DNA of 64,000 nucleotides from a phage: sequence record PX880099.1; one strand, given 5' to 3'. Shown here piece after piece: positions 56,734 through 64,000 of the stretch (positions are counted from its first letter, which is position 1; every line of letters begins with the position of its first letter). Made by a program: the position numbers and the translations under genes. The notes below the pieces were generated by a model that was not told the DNA's origin, ran no database searches, and worked only from the letters and a program-made list of their open reading frames with translations.

Positions 56734-56920
56734 ATTTGCTTTCCTCGTTTTGACTATTAATACATCTGTGTTTGAAATCTCCAGAGAAGCAATAAAGCTG
56801 CTCTCCATCTCGGTATAAACTCACTTTACTGCCGTTGATTACGCTTGTCAATACAAAAATTACAACAAACAACCCTATTGCAAAACAAATATTTTCAAAC
56901 ACAACCAACAAGTATTTCAT
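56675..56920 (-). CDS. Small membrane protein overlapping lipoprotein gene (possible i-spanin-like partner)
   Basis: 81 aa; N-terminal TM segment LLVVFENICFAIGLFVVIFVL; 3' end overlaps lipoprotein start by ~59 nt in a different frame. Confidence 0.3.
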   Translation of the reverse strand: MKYLLVVFENICFAIGLFVVIFVLTSVINGSKVSLYRDGEQLYCFSGDFKHRCINSQNEESKYEKTSPDFNWLYLFNSLRG

Positions 56921-57267
56921 TTTAAAAATACCTCATCATCAGTTTCATTATCCCAGAAGAACAAATCCCAACCATTAGGATCATTCCACTTGGCGGCTGG
57001 AGAAGTCCAGATTTGTTCGATATCAATATTCAAAACTTCGCCGTTTCGTTTTGAAACAGCCTTGGTTAATTCCCAACGAGATACAGGTTCTACCTCTCCT
57101 GAACCACTTCCACAACAAACTACTACGTTAGGAGGAAGGTTAATTGGATCTTTGGTCACAATCATAACGCTTACCCCAGGGTAAACTTTTGAAAGATAAT
57201 CTGAAACGTAATCAACATCACCAGGTAAATCCCAAACAAGTTTTTGAATTTCATCAAAATTGCTCAT
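56917..57267 (-). CDS. Hypothetical protein
   Basis: 116-aa ORF with AGGAGAG RBS, first gene after TerC terminator. Confidence 0.5.
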   Translation of the reverse strand: MSNFDEIQKLVWDLPGDVDYVSDYLSKVYPGVSVMIVTKDPINLPPNVVVCCGSGSGEVEPVSRWELTKAVSKRNGEVLNIDIEQIWTSPAAKWNDPNGWDLFFWDNETDDEVFLK

Positions 57268-57280
57268 AAGTCTCTCCTAT

Positions 57281-57303
57281 AAAATAGCCTCCCGAAGGAG
57301 GCT
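57281..57303 (-). terminator. Terminator after TerC gene (minus strand)
   Basis: Minus-strand AGCCTCC / TTCG loop / GGAGGCT followed by ATTTTAT. Confidence 0.5.
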
Positions 57304-57309
57304 CATCTA

Positions 57310-58284
57310 TTAAACAGCAGCTTCTTCTTTTTCAGGGAAGATAAAGCTTGCAATAACGCCAAGAGCTAATGTGCCTAGAACAATCATCAGACTTACGTTA
57401 GGGGAAATATCATGCGGGAGGAATGACCACTTGGCATGAAGTGTTTCACCGAACGGGTGATACATAAGTTTAGCACCAACAAACACCAGAACCACAGCAA
57501 CAGCTTTCTCTAAGTGAACCAAATATTTCACAGCTACACTTAACACAAAGAAAAGTGCACGTAAACCAAGAACAGCCATCAGCATTGCAGAATAAACTAG
57601 CAGAGGTTCTTGTGTCACACCGATCACAGCCGGAACTGAATCAAAAGAGAAGACAATATCTGTAAGCTCAATAACAAACACACAAAGAAGAGCAGGAGTT
57701 GCATATTTAATACCATTCTTAATGGTAATGAACTTTTCACCATCCAGTGCATTGTGCACAGGCAGGATTTTACCTACTAAACGAACAGCCCAATGTTTAG
57801 AGTAATCGATATCCTCTTCTTCATCACCACCTTTGATGATAGCCACGGCAGACCAAGCTACAATCAAACCGAACAACACTTGGACCGACCAATGAAGGTT
57901 AAACAGAGCGGTGCCTGCTGCAACAAAAATACCTCGGAAGACAATGGCTCCTGCAATCCCCCAAAGTAAAATCTTATGTTGGAGATGTGTGCTCTTAATT
58001 CCAAAGCTTGCAAAAATTGCCATGAACACCATTAGGTTATCTACAGAAAGACTCTTTTCCAACACATAGCCACTTAGGAAAAGCGCGGCAAACTCTTTAC
58101 CATGTTCTACCCAAATGAATGCGTAATATCCTAAAGCTAAAGCAATCCAAAAAACAGACCAAAGCAAAGCAGATTTAATTCCAATTTCTTTATTCTCTTT
58201 ATGACCAAAGAAATCGATACCAATAGACAATGCTAAAATACCAACTAAAACAACTACATCAATGATTGGGAAACCAAGTTGCAT
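57310..58284 (-). CDS. TerC-family integral membrane protein
   Basis: 324 aa, multiple TM helices; conserved LSVDN motif (EKSLSVDNLMVF). Confidence 0.8.
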   Translation of the reverse strand: MQLGFPIIDVVVLVGILALSIGIDFFGHKENKEIGIKSALLWSVFWIALALGYYAFIWVEHGKEFAALFLSGYVLEKSLSVDNLMVFMAIFASFGIKSTHLQHKILLWGIAGAIVFRGIFVAAGTALFNLHWSVQVLFGLIVAWSAVAIIKGGDEEEDIDYSKHWAVRLVGKILPVHNALDGEKFITIKNGIKYATPALLCVFVIELTDIVFSFDSVPAVIGVTQEPLLVYSAMLMAVLGLRALFFVLSVAVKYLVHLEKAVAVVLVFVGAKLMYHPFGETLHAKWSFLPHDISPNVSLMIVLGTLALGVIASFIFPEKEEAAV

Positions 58285-58365
58285 TATTTTCTCCTTTCTC
58301 TTTGCGGGGAACCACTCCCCGCCTCATGTGATACATCTTACTCTTTTTTAAAACCTTGTCAACAC

Positions 58366-58587
58366 TTATTTTGAAGAACTGGAGGAAAAGATTCCACGCA
58401 GCACTGCCATAATGAACGCTACGCACACCACGGTCCAGAATGTAACAGGAACAGTGATATCTGTGTGACCCATCATTTCAACAACGTAGTTGTAAGCCAG
58501 CAGCAGAAGCCACGCTGGAATCATACTGATCAGGAAAGCCAGAACAAACACGATAACTACTGCCAGAACACCTGCAACAACACCCAT
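58366..58587 (-). CDS. Small membrane protein
   Basis: 73 aa with two long hydrophobic segments. Confidence 0.5.
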   Translation of the reverse strand: MGVVAGVLAVVIVFVLAFLISMIPAWLLLLAYNYVVEMMGHTDITVPVTFWTVVCVAFIMAVLRGIFSSSSSK

Positions 58588-58600
58588 ATTATTTCTCCTC

Positions 58601-59083
58601 TTAAAGTTTATAAATAGTCACATCGTGACCTGCTTTTACTAAAGTTTCTTCAATCATCACTTCAATGATAGCCCAATTACCTCCTGCCAACCCTGCTCCA
58701 ATCATAGGTAAACCAATCTTATGTTCGGCAGATGTGTTCACCCATTTGTGGAGATCCTTTGCCATAGCCTCAAGAGCATCATACAGGGCATCATAGTCCA
58801 ACTGACGACCTTTACCGTTATACCCGTAACGGTACTGTCCGTATAGGTTATAAACCAGTGGGTCAGACACCTCCTCCGGCACCCCTAAACTAAAAGAACC
58901 CAGCTTACTTTGATCACCTGCGGCTGTGTCCAAGTCGGCTGCATATGCATAAGGAAATGCTCGTTTAATTTGCGGAGCAATCCCTGCACCCATATTACAC
59001 ATACAGTTACAACAGTGGGCTATAACGTTCACTTCCCCGTTCTTCGCTGCATCGATCAGATTCCCAGTAACAACCTTCAACAT
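58601..59083 (-). CDS. Macro-domain protein (ADP-ribose binding/processing)
   Basis: 160 aa; N-terminal VVTGNLIDA...VNVIAHCCNCMCNMGAGIAPQI and C-terminal IGLPMIGAGLAGG match the macro-domain pattern (cf. YmdB). Confidence 0.6.
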   Translation of the reverse strand: MLKVVTGNLIDAAKNGEVNVIAHCCNCMCNMGAGIAPQIKRAFPYAYAADLDTAAGDQSKLGSFSLGVPEEVSDPLVYNLYGQYRYGYNGKGRQLDYDALYDALEAMAKDLHKWVNTSAEHKIGLPMIGAGLAGGNWAIIEVMIEETLVKAGHDVTIYKL

Positions 59084-59092
59084 TTTTCCTCC

Positions 59093-59920
59093 TTACAGAA
59101 TATGTTGTTTTGTGTAACGATCCAAGAACTCAAAGTTTTCAGTATACTTTGCAATTCGATTGTAGCCTTCAGCTAAACAGCCGAAGAAAAGTTGTTCCAC
59201 ATAGTAGTGTGGCAATTGGCTAAGAATGATTTTGAAGTCTTCATGATTTTGGCCCATAAGGTACTTAATAGGACGAACAAGACACTGTGCATCACGTTCT
59301 TCATTAATCATTTTAACAAACGCTTCTGGTGTATTAATATAGTTAAAATTCAGCTTAGCTTCGGTATCTGCTTGATTACCTTCATATTTTGCAAAATACA
59401 AGAAGTAAACATCATTTTTAACTTGATTTTCATCAAGAATCTCAATCAGTTTGTCTTCATGAGTTCCAGTGATATTTACATCATCAATGAACACAAGCTT
59501 CTTATCACCCCAGAATTCTTTGTTGCAGTAGAATGTATCCCCATCAATAAGTTTCTTACGACTAGCTTTATCTAAGAAACCATAATCGTTGATATAGCTA
59601 ACTTTACGATGAATAATATCCAGTTCTGCTGAACGACCTTGATCATATTGTGCTTGCAACATATTAAAGTAATTAATAAAATGATCTGTCATCATTGTTG
59701 CAGCATTATGCACATGGTTATAAGGAGAAGGAATGATAACAAATTGTTCCCCAATATGTTTCATTGCCACTTGAGCAAAAAACTGAAGTGCCAATTCTTT
59801 ACCCATACGACGCGCAGCTTGGTTACTGCCAAATTTCAATTTTGAATAATCTTTGATATCAAAAGTAGCAGTTTCCAGGTCATCAAATTTATTTGCAAAA
59901 ATTTGAGTTTGATTACGCAT
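59093..59920 (-). CDS. Phosphoribosyltransferase-domain protein (type I PRTase)
   Basis: 275 aa; PRPP-binding signature KLVFIDDVNITGTHE. Confidence 0.55.
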   Translation of the reverse strand: MRNQTQIFANKFDDLETATFDIKDYSKLKFGSNQAARRMGKELALQFFAQVAMKHIGEQFVIIPSPYNHVHNAATMMTDHFINYFNMLQAQYDQGRSAELDIIHRKVSYINDYGFLDKASRKKLIDGDTFYCNKEFWGDKKLVFIDDVNITGTHEDKLIEILDENQVKNDVYFLYFAKYEGNQADTEAKLNFNYINTPEAFVKMINEERDAQCLVRPIKYLMGQNHEDFKIILSQLPHYYVEQLFFGCLAEGYNRIAKYTENFEFLDRYTKQHIL

Positions 59921-60590
59921 TTACAATTTCTCCTCTTTTAAGTTTCTCTAGTAAGTCGTTAGGGTTCTTAATATGACAGAAGTTAATCCCTATGTCAACA
60001 CATTTTCCATCAAATTCTTCGCTGTCCCCAACATGTAAAATCTCTTCAGCCTTCAAAGGAATGCTTGAATATGTGGCGGTCCTAACAAAGAATCTAGGAT
60101 CTGGTTTACACAACAGATGTTCGTCTGAAAAATGCATAAATTCAAAACAATTCCAACTGTCAAACATACAAGCACGACGCAAAATATCCCCAGATATGAA
60201 ATTAGTATTGCTTTTAATACTAAGATCATATTTACCAGACAAGTATAGCAAACAAACTGGCAAATCTAAAGCAATATGTGGAGGAAATTTAAGAAACCAT
60301 TGTTCACACTCAAAACGCATTTGTGCAGATTCTACAGGGGTTAAACCTATCTTTCTTCCCAACATGTTCCATGCATATGCTACGCCTTCTGCACACCCAT
60401 TTAGTGCAGCATTATCCATAATTTCTTTGGCATCTTTATATGCTTCTTTTGCCGCACGTTCAGACATTCTACCATATGTAGCAATAGTGTGCGTACGTGC
60501 ATCTGCATAGTTTTGATTGGCAGAAATAAGAGTATTCCATACATCAAAAGAAATATGTTTTATTGTCATACTAGGCCCACCACGCATCAA
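59913..60590 (-). CDS. HAD-like hydrolase (non-canonical motif I)
   Basis: 225 aa; motif I-like ISFDVWNTL (second acidic residue replaced) and motif IV-like VGDSEEFDG. Tentative. Confidence 0.4.
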   Translation of the reverse strand: MMRGGPSMTIKHISFDVWNTLISANQNYADARTHTIATYGRMSERAAKEAYKDAKEIMDNAALNGCAEGVAYAWNMLGRKIGLTPVESAQMRFECEQWFLKFPPHIALDLPVCLLYLSGKYDLSIKSNTNFISGDILRRACMFDSWNCFEFMHFSDEHLLCKPDPRFFVRTATYSSIPLKAEEILHVGDSEEFDGKCVDIGINFCHIKNPNDLLEKLKRGEIVNA

Positions 60591-61176
60591 GATTTAAGTT
60601 ACTGTCTACCACAACTTGTTCTATGTGGTAGCCTTTTATCTGTATCCCACTGTTCAAGAGCATATCATATGCTTCATTGAAACGCAACTTATCTTCTGCG
60701 GAATATAAGCGAGCATTGTAAAATCGGTAATCAAGTTCTTCAGCATTAGAAGAAATACGGAAGAAGTTTGTTTCTACTTCAGGATCACTTGCTGAAGTTT
60801 TAATGTGAACTTCTCCGTAATTTTCTTTGCTTAGATCCATGAAAAGAACACAGGCAACATGTTTAAACATTCGTTCCAGTTTGTAACGAACAACATTGAA
60901 ACCTGCGTTCTCAAGTTTTTCTACACATTGCAACATTAACGTAGTGTCGAGATCGCTTTGATACTTTGTTAACATACGATCACGTTGAGACTTTGTATCC
61001 CGATGTAAATCAATTGTTGTGCATTTGGCACCAATGATCTTAGCTGCTTTCATCAACTCTTCAGAACTAACGTTAGATAAAGTAAGATGAAAATGGGCTT
61101 TCCACACTTTTTTAGCAGGGACACCAAAAGATTTATCCCCACTATTCGGCATGTTGACTACTACACTATGTTGCAT
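60571..61176 (-). CDS. Hypothetical protein (possible 2H-phosphoesterase-like; unverified)
   Basis: 201 aa; one H-x-T-x-like motif (AHFHLTL) and a degenerate second (EVHIKTS). Confidence 0.4.
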   Translation of the reverse strand: MQHSVVVNMPNSGDKSFGVPAKKVWKAHFHLTLSNVSSEELMKAAKIIGAKCTTIDLHRDTKSQRDRMLTKYQSDLDTTLMLQCVEKLENAGFNVVRYKLERMFKHVACVLFMDLSKENYGEVHIKTSASDPEVETNFFRISSNAEELDYRFYNARLYSAEDKLRFNEAYDMLLNSGIQIKGYHIEQVVVDSNLNLDAWWA

Positions 61177-61191
61177 TACTTATCTCCTCAC

Positions 61192-61383
61192 TTAAAATGG
61201 AAGTCTTTGAAGTTCATCTCCTCCGATATCAAGTAATTTAGCAACATCTCGATCAGAAAGCAACTCTTTTCTTTGTAAAATATCCACAAGGGTTGCAAGA
61301 ATGTCCTTAACGTCCCGATCACTGTTCTTCAAAAGTTCTCCTGCCGTCCCTACCCTATCTCCTACAGCAAAATATGTAACCAT
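61192..61383 (-). CDS. Hypothetical protein
   Basis: ORF called from 61416 overlaps nrdG; ATG at 61383 has a GGAGG RBS and removes the overlap. Confidence 0.4.
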   Translation of the reverse strand: MVTYFAVGDRVGTAGELLKNSDRDVKDILATLVDILQRKELLSDRDVAKLLDIGGDELQRLPF

Positions 61384-61396
61384 AAAACCTCCTACG

Positions 61397-61867
61397 CTAA
61401 TCTGATTGCCAACCACTCGCCGTTTTGGTCCATAATCTTTGATTATCTGACCCTCTGAAAGGTTTTGTGGTTGGATTGTTTATTTCATACTTTCCGTCTA
61501 CAATAATGTCAACAAGATTTTTAATATACAAAGGCACTTCCTCAAAAGTATATCCTGTATACACCATTATATCTTTGCTTGACCCATAAACGTCTCTAAC
61601 CTTTTCTATAAGGTTTTTAACATTGTAAATATTCTGCGGATCTAATGGTTCTCCTCCTAAAATTGTTAAACCTTTTACAAACGGTCTTGACAAATCTTTT
61701 AAAACTTGCTCTACATTTTCGTTAGTGAACGGTTTCCCATAAGAATAAGACCAGGCTTTCTGGTTAAAACAGCCACGACAACCGTGGCTACAACCACTAA
61801 CCCAGAGGGAGCACCTAACTCCCTCACCATTAATAAGATCTACAGGTTCATATCCTGCAAAATTCAA
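61397..61867 (-). CDS. nrdG: Anaerobic ribonucleotide reductase activating protein (radical SAM)
   Basis: 156 aa; CxxxCxxC cluster CSHGCRGC; overlaps stop of nrdD by 4 nt. Confidence 0.85.
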   Translation of the reverse strand: MNFAGYEPVDLINGEGVRCSLWVSGCSHGCRGCFNQKAWSYSYGKPFTNENVEQVLKDLSRPFVKGLTILGGEPLDPQNIYNVKNLIEKVRDVYGSSKDIMVYTGYTFEEVPLYIKNLVDIIVDGKYEINNPTTKPFRGSDNQRLWTKTASGWQSD

Positions 61868-63678
61868 AGATGTTTCTCCCTTTGCAAAACTTCCTGCATT
61901 TTACCTTTGTTATAAGGCCGTGAATTAGGGGCAGAAAGATACCCTGATACACGTCTAACTACAGAAATAGTTTCTTCTTCATGGTTGCCACAATTAGGAC
62001 ACTCAAACCCTTTAGCCGTTGCCTTAAATTCTCCATGAAAACCACACTTAAAGCATTGATCCACGGGCTGATTAATACCAAAATAGTGAATATGTTCATA
62101 AGCGTAGTCTACTAAAGTCTCCAAAGCTTCTAAGTTATTCTTTAAGTTTGGTGTTTCGACATAACTTATGTTACCACCATTGCTAATCTGTGCAAAACCT
62201 GCTTCATAATCCCATTTTTCAAAAGGATTTGTTACCAACCATACAGGTTGATGAAAAGAATTAGTAAGATAGTCTCTTTCTACCAGACCTGGATATTTTT
62301 CATTTAAAGCTGTTGCAAATTTATAGCACAAGGATTCTGCTGGAGTTCCATAAAGACTAAATGCCAACTTAGATCGTTCTTTAAACACAGCACACACATC
62401 TTTCATATGTTGCAGAATGTTTTTACCTAGTTCCTTTTTATCTTTTTCCTCTGGATAAAGGATTTCCAAAGCTTCGGCAAGACCTACATAACCAATACTA
62501 ATAGAAGCATAACCACCTTCAAACAAAGCACCAATTTCATCGTTGGCATTTAAACGCGCTAAAGCCCCTTCCATGAAAAGAATAGGGTTTTCAGATGCTT
62601 TGGTATGTCTGATACGGTTTACACGTAGCATGTGAGCATCGTAGGCTATCTCCATATGTTTATTAAGAAGATCGGTGAAAGATTCTCCTTTACTTCTCGC
62701 TTCCGCAGCAATCAGAGGCAAGTTGATAGAAACTACTCCAAGGTTGAATCGTCCATCATATTTTTCTCCTTGTTCGGTGGCATAGTACGACAAAAAGGAA
62801 CGACAACCCATACTCGTAACGGTACCATCTGCTGATCCCGTAACTTCTTTGTTCAAAGGAACAGAAATAAAATCTGGATAAATACGATCAGCACAACATG
62901 CCAAAGCTTGTTGCTTAAGGTCGTAGTTAGGATCACTAGGTTTCATGTTAACACCTTCTTGTAAAAAGAAAATAACTTTAGGGAATACAGGCGTTACATG
63001 ATCTTTACCTAGACCGTTACTATGCACTTTAAGATAGTTAGCTGTGATCATTCTGCCAAAAACAGAGGTATCCAGACCCATACTGATTGTAATAAAAGGA
63101 GATTGTCCATTAACACTCATTAAAGTGTTAACCTGATACAAAAGAGTTTGCATAGCGTCATATACATCTTGTTCGGTCATTTCTAGGGCTTCTTTCCTTG
63201 CATAACAACCGTAGCGACGTTTGGTTATCTCCATGTTTTTAAGGAAACTGGCTTCAACATAAGGACTAAGACCTTTATCAATGTGCGCACACGTCTGACC
63301 TCCATACTGACTGGAGGCAACAGCTTGGATGATTTGAGTTAGCACTGTAGTAGCTACTCCAATAGATTTTGGTTTTTCTATCTGTGCAGCACCGATCTTA
63401 AAACCATTCTCTAACATATCTTGATAATTAACAAGACAACAGTTTGTAAGAGGAGAGAGCAGATAATCCAAGTCGTGAATATGTCCAAAACCTTCTGTAT
63501 GCCATTCTGACAAGTTTTTTGGCAGTATCTGTGTCATTGCCATATGTTTGCTTAAAATCCCCGCCAAGAGATCCCTGTGCGTGTTAACAAGGTGGGAAGG
63601 TTTGTTTGCATTCTCTCTAGTGTATGTTTCTGAAGTGCGATCTAAAAAAGAAAAAACATCTTGGTACAAATCTTTCAT
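61864..63678 (-). CDS. nrdD: Anaerobic ribonucleoside-triphosphate reductase (class III)
   Basis: 604 aa; C-terminal zinc ribbon CFKCGFHG...CPNCGN and glycyl-radical motif RRVSGYLS. Confidence 0.9.
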   Translation of the reverse strand: MKDLYQDVFSFLDRTSETYTRENANKPSHLVNTHRDLLAGILSKHMAMTQILPKNLSEWHTEGFGHIHDLDYLLSPLTNCCLVNYQDMLENGFKIGAAQIEKPKSIGVATTVLTQIIQAVASSQYGGQTCAHIDKGLSPYVEASFLKNMEITKRRYGCYARKEALEMTEQDVYDAMQTLLYQVNTLMSVNGQSPFITISMGLDTSVFGRMITANYLKVHSNGLGKDHVTPVFPKVIFFLQEGVNMKPSDPNYDLKQQALACCADRIYPDFISVPLNKEVTGSADGTVTSMGCRSFLSYYATEQGEKYDGRFNLGVVSINLPLIAAEARSKGESFTDLLNKHMEIAYDAHMLRVNRIRHTKASENPILFMEGALARLNANDEIGALFEGGYASISIGYVGLAEALEILYPEEKDKKELGKNILQHMKDVCAVFKERSKLAFSLYGTPAESLCYKFATALNEKYPGLVERDYLTNSFHQPVWLVTNPFEKWDYEAGFAQISNGGNISYVETPNLKNNLEALETLVDYAYEHIHYFGINQPVDQCFKCGFHGEFKATAKGFECPNCGNHEEETISVVRRVSGYLSAPNSRPYNKGKMQEVLQREKHL

Positions 63679-63749
63679 TATTAATCCTTATTTTGTGAGT
63701 AGAACTATTATTCTACCTCTTTCAACCGAAAAAAGCTTTGAGGGAAATC

Positions 63750-63770
63750 AAAAAAGGCGCAAAGTGCGCC
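63750..63770 (-). terminator. Rho-independent terminator (minus strand)
   Basis: Minus-strand GGCGCA / CTT loop / TGCGCC followed by TTTTTT; lies just downstream of the truncated ORF ending at 63782. Confidence 0.55.
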
Positions 63771-63781
63771 TTTAAGTTTTA

Positions 63782-64000
63782 TCATTTGGAGAGGAATTGT
63801 CTTCCCATGATCTTACCGTTCTTCACAGCGGTCCCATCGTGTCCATTGTAATCCCAGGTTCCATCGATATTACGCAAGAAGCTATCACGAACAGTATAGG
63901 CTTTACCGTTCTCTACTTTACTTTCTTCCACAATGATTGCCATAACAAGCTTATTTTCAATTTCGGTAGTAACCGATTCTTTGATACCCTCTGTAACTTC
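63782..64000 (-). CDS. 3' end of a minus-strand gene running off the window (partial)
   Basis: Open minus-strand frame from the window edge to TGA at 63782-63784 (...GKIMGRQFLSK*); followed by terminator. Confidence 0.4.
   Translation of the reverse strand, partial: EVTEGIKESVTTEIENKLVMAIIVEESKVENGKAYTVRDSFLRNIDGTWDYNGHDGTAVKNGKIMGRQFLSK

Noticed and set aside
1-64000. Prophage or mobile-element signatures (integrase, transposase, att sites, IS elements)
   Set aside because: None recognised; gene content and organisation fit a virulent phage, so no mobile_element feature was called.

Overview
This window reads as one contiguous piece of a large virulent contractile-tailed phage genome, with no integrase, transposase, CRISPR array or rRNA/tRNA found. 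All calls rest on reading the supplied ORF translations and the DNA by eye (motifs, gene order, hairpins); no homology search was run, so family assignments are motif-level recognitions and coordinates of small signals are approximate. Host-type signals (near-consensus sigma70-like promoters, an E. coli SSB-like C-terminal tail, codon usage) suggest an enterobacterial host. Plus strand, 1 to ~37.6 kb, is a late structural block: large terminase (P-loop apparently interrupted by a mini-intein), portal, scaffold-like protein, small decoration-like protein, lambda gpE-like major capsid, neck proteins, sheath, tube, a chaperone pair with a -1 frameshift site, tape measure, a Mu/P2-like baseplate (hub, gpV-like spike, gp25/W-like, J-like, I-like), and at least seven large fibre/spike proteins. 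A bidirectional terminator at ~37.61 kb marks a strand switch. Minus strand, 37.6 to 64 kb, is a replication/metabolism block: SSB-like protein, family A DNA polymerase, adenine methyltransferase, T7-type primase-helicase, four glycosyltransferase-like genes, a secreted SleB-like hydrolase, and anaerobic RNR NrdD/NrdG. The most unusual content is a phage-borne Ter-type cluster at 50.7 to 61.2 kb (TerD, vWA, TelA-like, SprT-like, TerC, macro domain, phosphoribosyltransferase, HAD-like), followed by the glycosyltransferase cluster, two proteins ending in SSB-like DDIPF/DDIPW tails, and the terminase intein.
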